A DNA stretch of 63,429 bases, counting the filler, from Chiloscyllium plagiosum (Eukaryota), in NCBI RefSeq assembly GCF_004010195.1. It is 4 parts of one record of this genome, joined end to end, with 100 filler letters (N's around TTAATTAATTAA, not from the genome) between each part and the next. Parts side by side here need not be neighbours in the genome. Positions count along the whole stretch, not along the records: positions 61,519 to 63,429 come from NC_057714.1; 3 more parts are not named here. One strand, given 5' to 3'. Of this stretch, positions 63,095 to 63,429 are shown piece after piece. Both the position numbers and the translations under genes were made by a program. Below the pieces are notes generated by a model. The model was not told the origin of the DNA. It saw only the letters and a list, made by a program, of their open reading frames with translations, and ran no database searches. Every line of letters begins with the position of its first letter. The first letter of the stretch is position 1.

Positions 63095-63429
63095 GAGTCA
63101 TAGAGTCATAGAGATGTACAGCATGGAAACAAACTCTTTGGTCCAACCCATCCATGCCCGACCAGATATCCCAACCCAATCTAGTCCCACCTGCCAGCAC
63201 TTGGCCCAAATCCCTCCAAACCCTTCCTATTCATGTCTCCATCCAGATGCCTTTTAAATGTTGTCATTGTACCAGCCTCCACCACTTCCTCTGGCAGCTC
63301 ATTCCATACACGCACCACCCTCTGCGTGAAAAAGTTGCCCCTCGGGTCCCTTTCCCCTCTCACCCTAACCCTCTAGTTCTGGACTCCCTGACCCCAGGGA
63401 AAAGACCTTGCCTATTTACCCTATCCATG
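63095..63429 (-). mobile_element. CR1 LINE 3' end (runs off the window)
   Basis: FFTQRVVRVWNELPEEVVEAG and (CTATGACT)n tail. Confidence 0.93.

Noticed and set aside
1..63429. CRISPR array, operons or other prokaryotic systems
   Set aside because: There are no regularly spaced repeats with unique spacers. The sequence is intron-containing vertebrate DNA.

Overview
Repeat-rich vertebrate genomic DNA, very probably from an elasmobranch (shark), judging by HE1-type V-SINEs and their partner CR1/HER1-like LINEs. The only host gene I can support is MACC1 on the minus strand. Its ATG exon is 15747-15855 and a 2063-bp exon spans 13275-15337, encoding NPF motifs, ZU5, UPA-like, SH3-like and the start of a death domain. 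That exon appears to end at a non-canonical GC splice donor. The remaining 3' exons were not found and probably lie left of position 1. The rest of the window is nested mobile DNA: CR1 LINEs, an older CR1-clade LINE, Penelope-like elements (PLEs), Gypsy LTR relics, SINEs and a MITE-like inverted repeat. The most striking pattern is a set of tiny (160-280 bp) fold-back insertions built from PLE termini, plus one ~1 kb example. They have 10-14 bp target-site duplications, and the best-preserved copies carry minimal hammerhead-ribozyme cores on both strands. Three 100-bp N gaps contain an artificial TTAATTAATTAA linker. All calls are by eye, with no searches run, and repeat boundaries are approximate.
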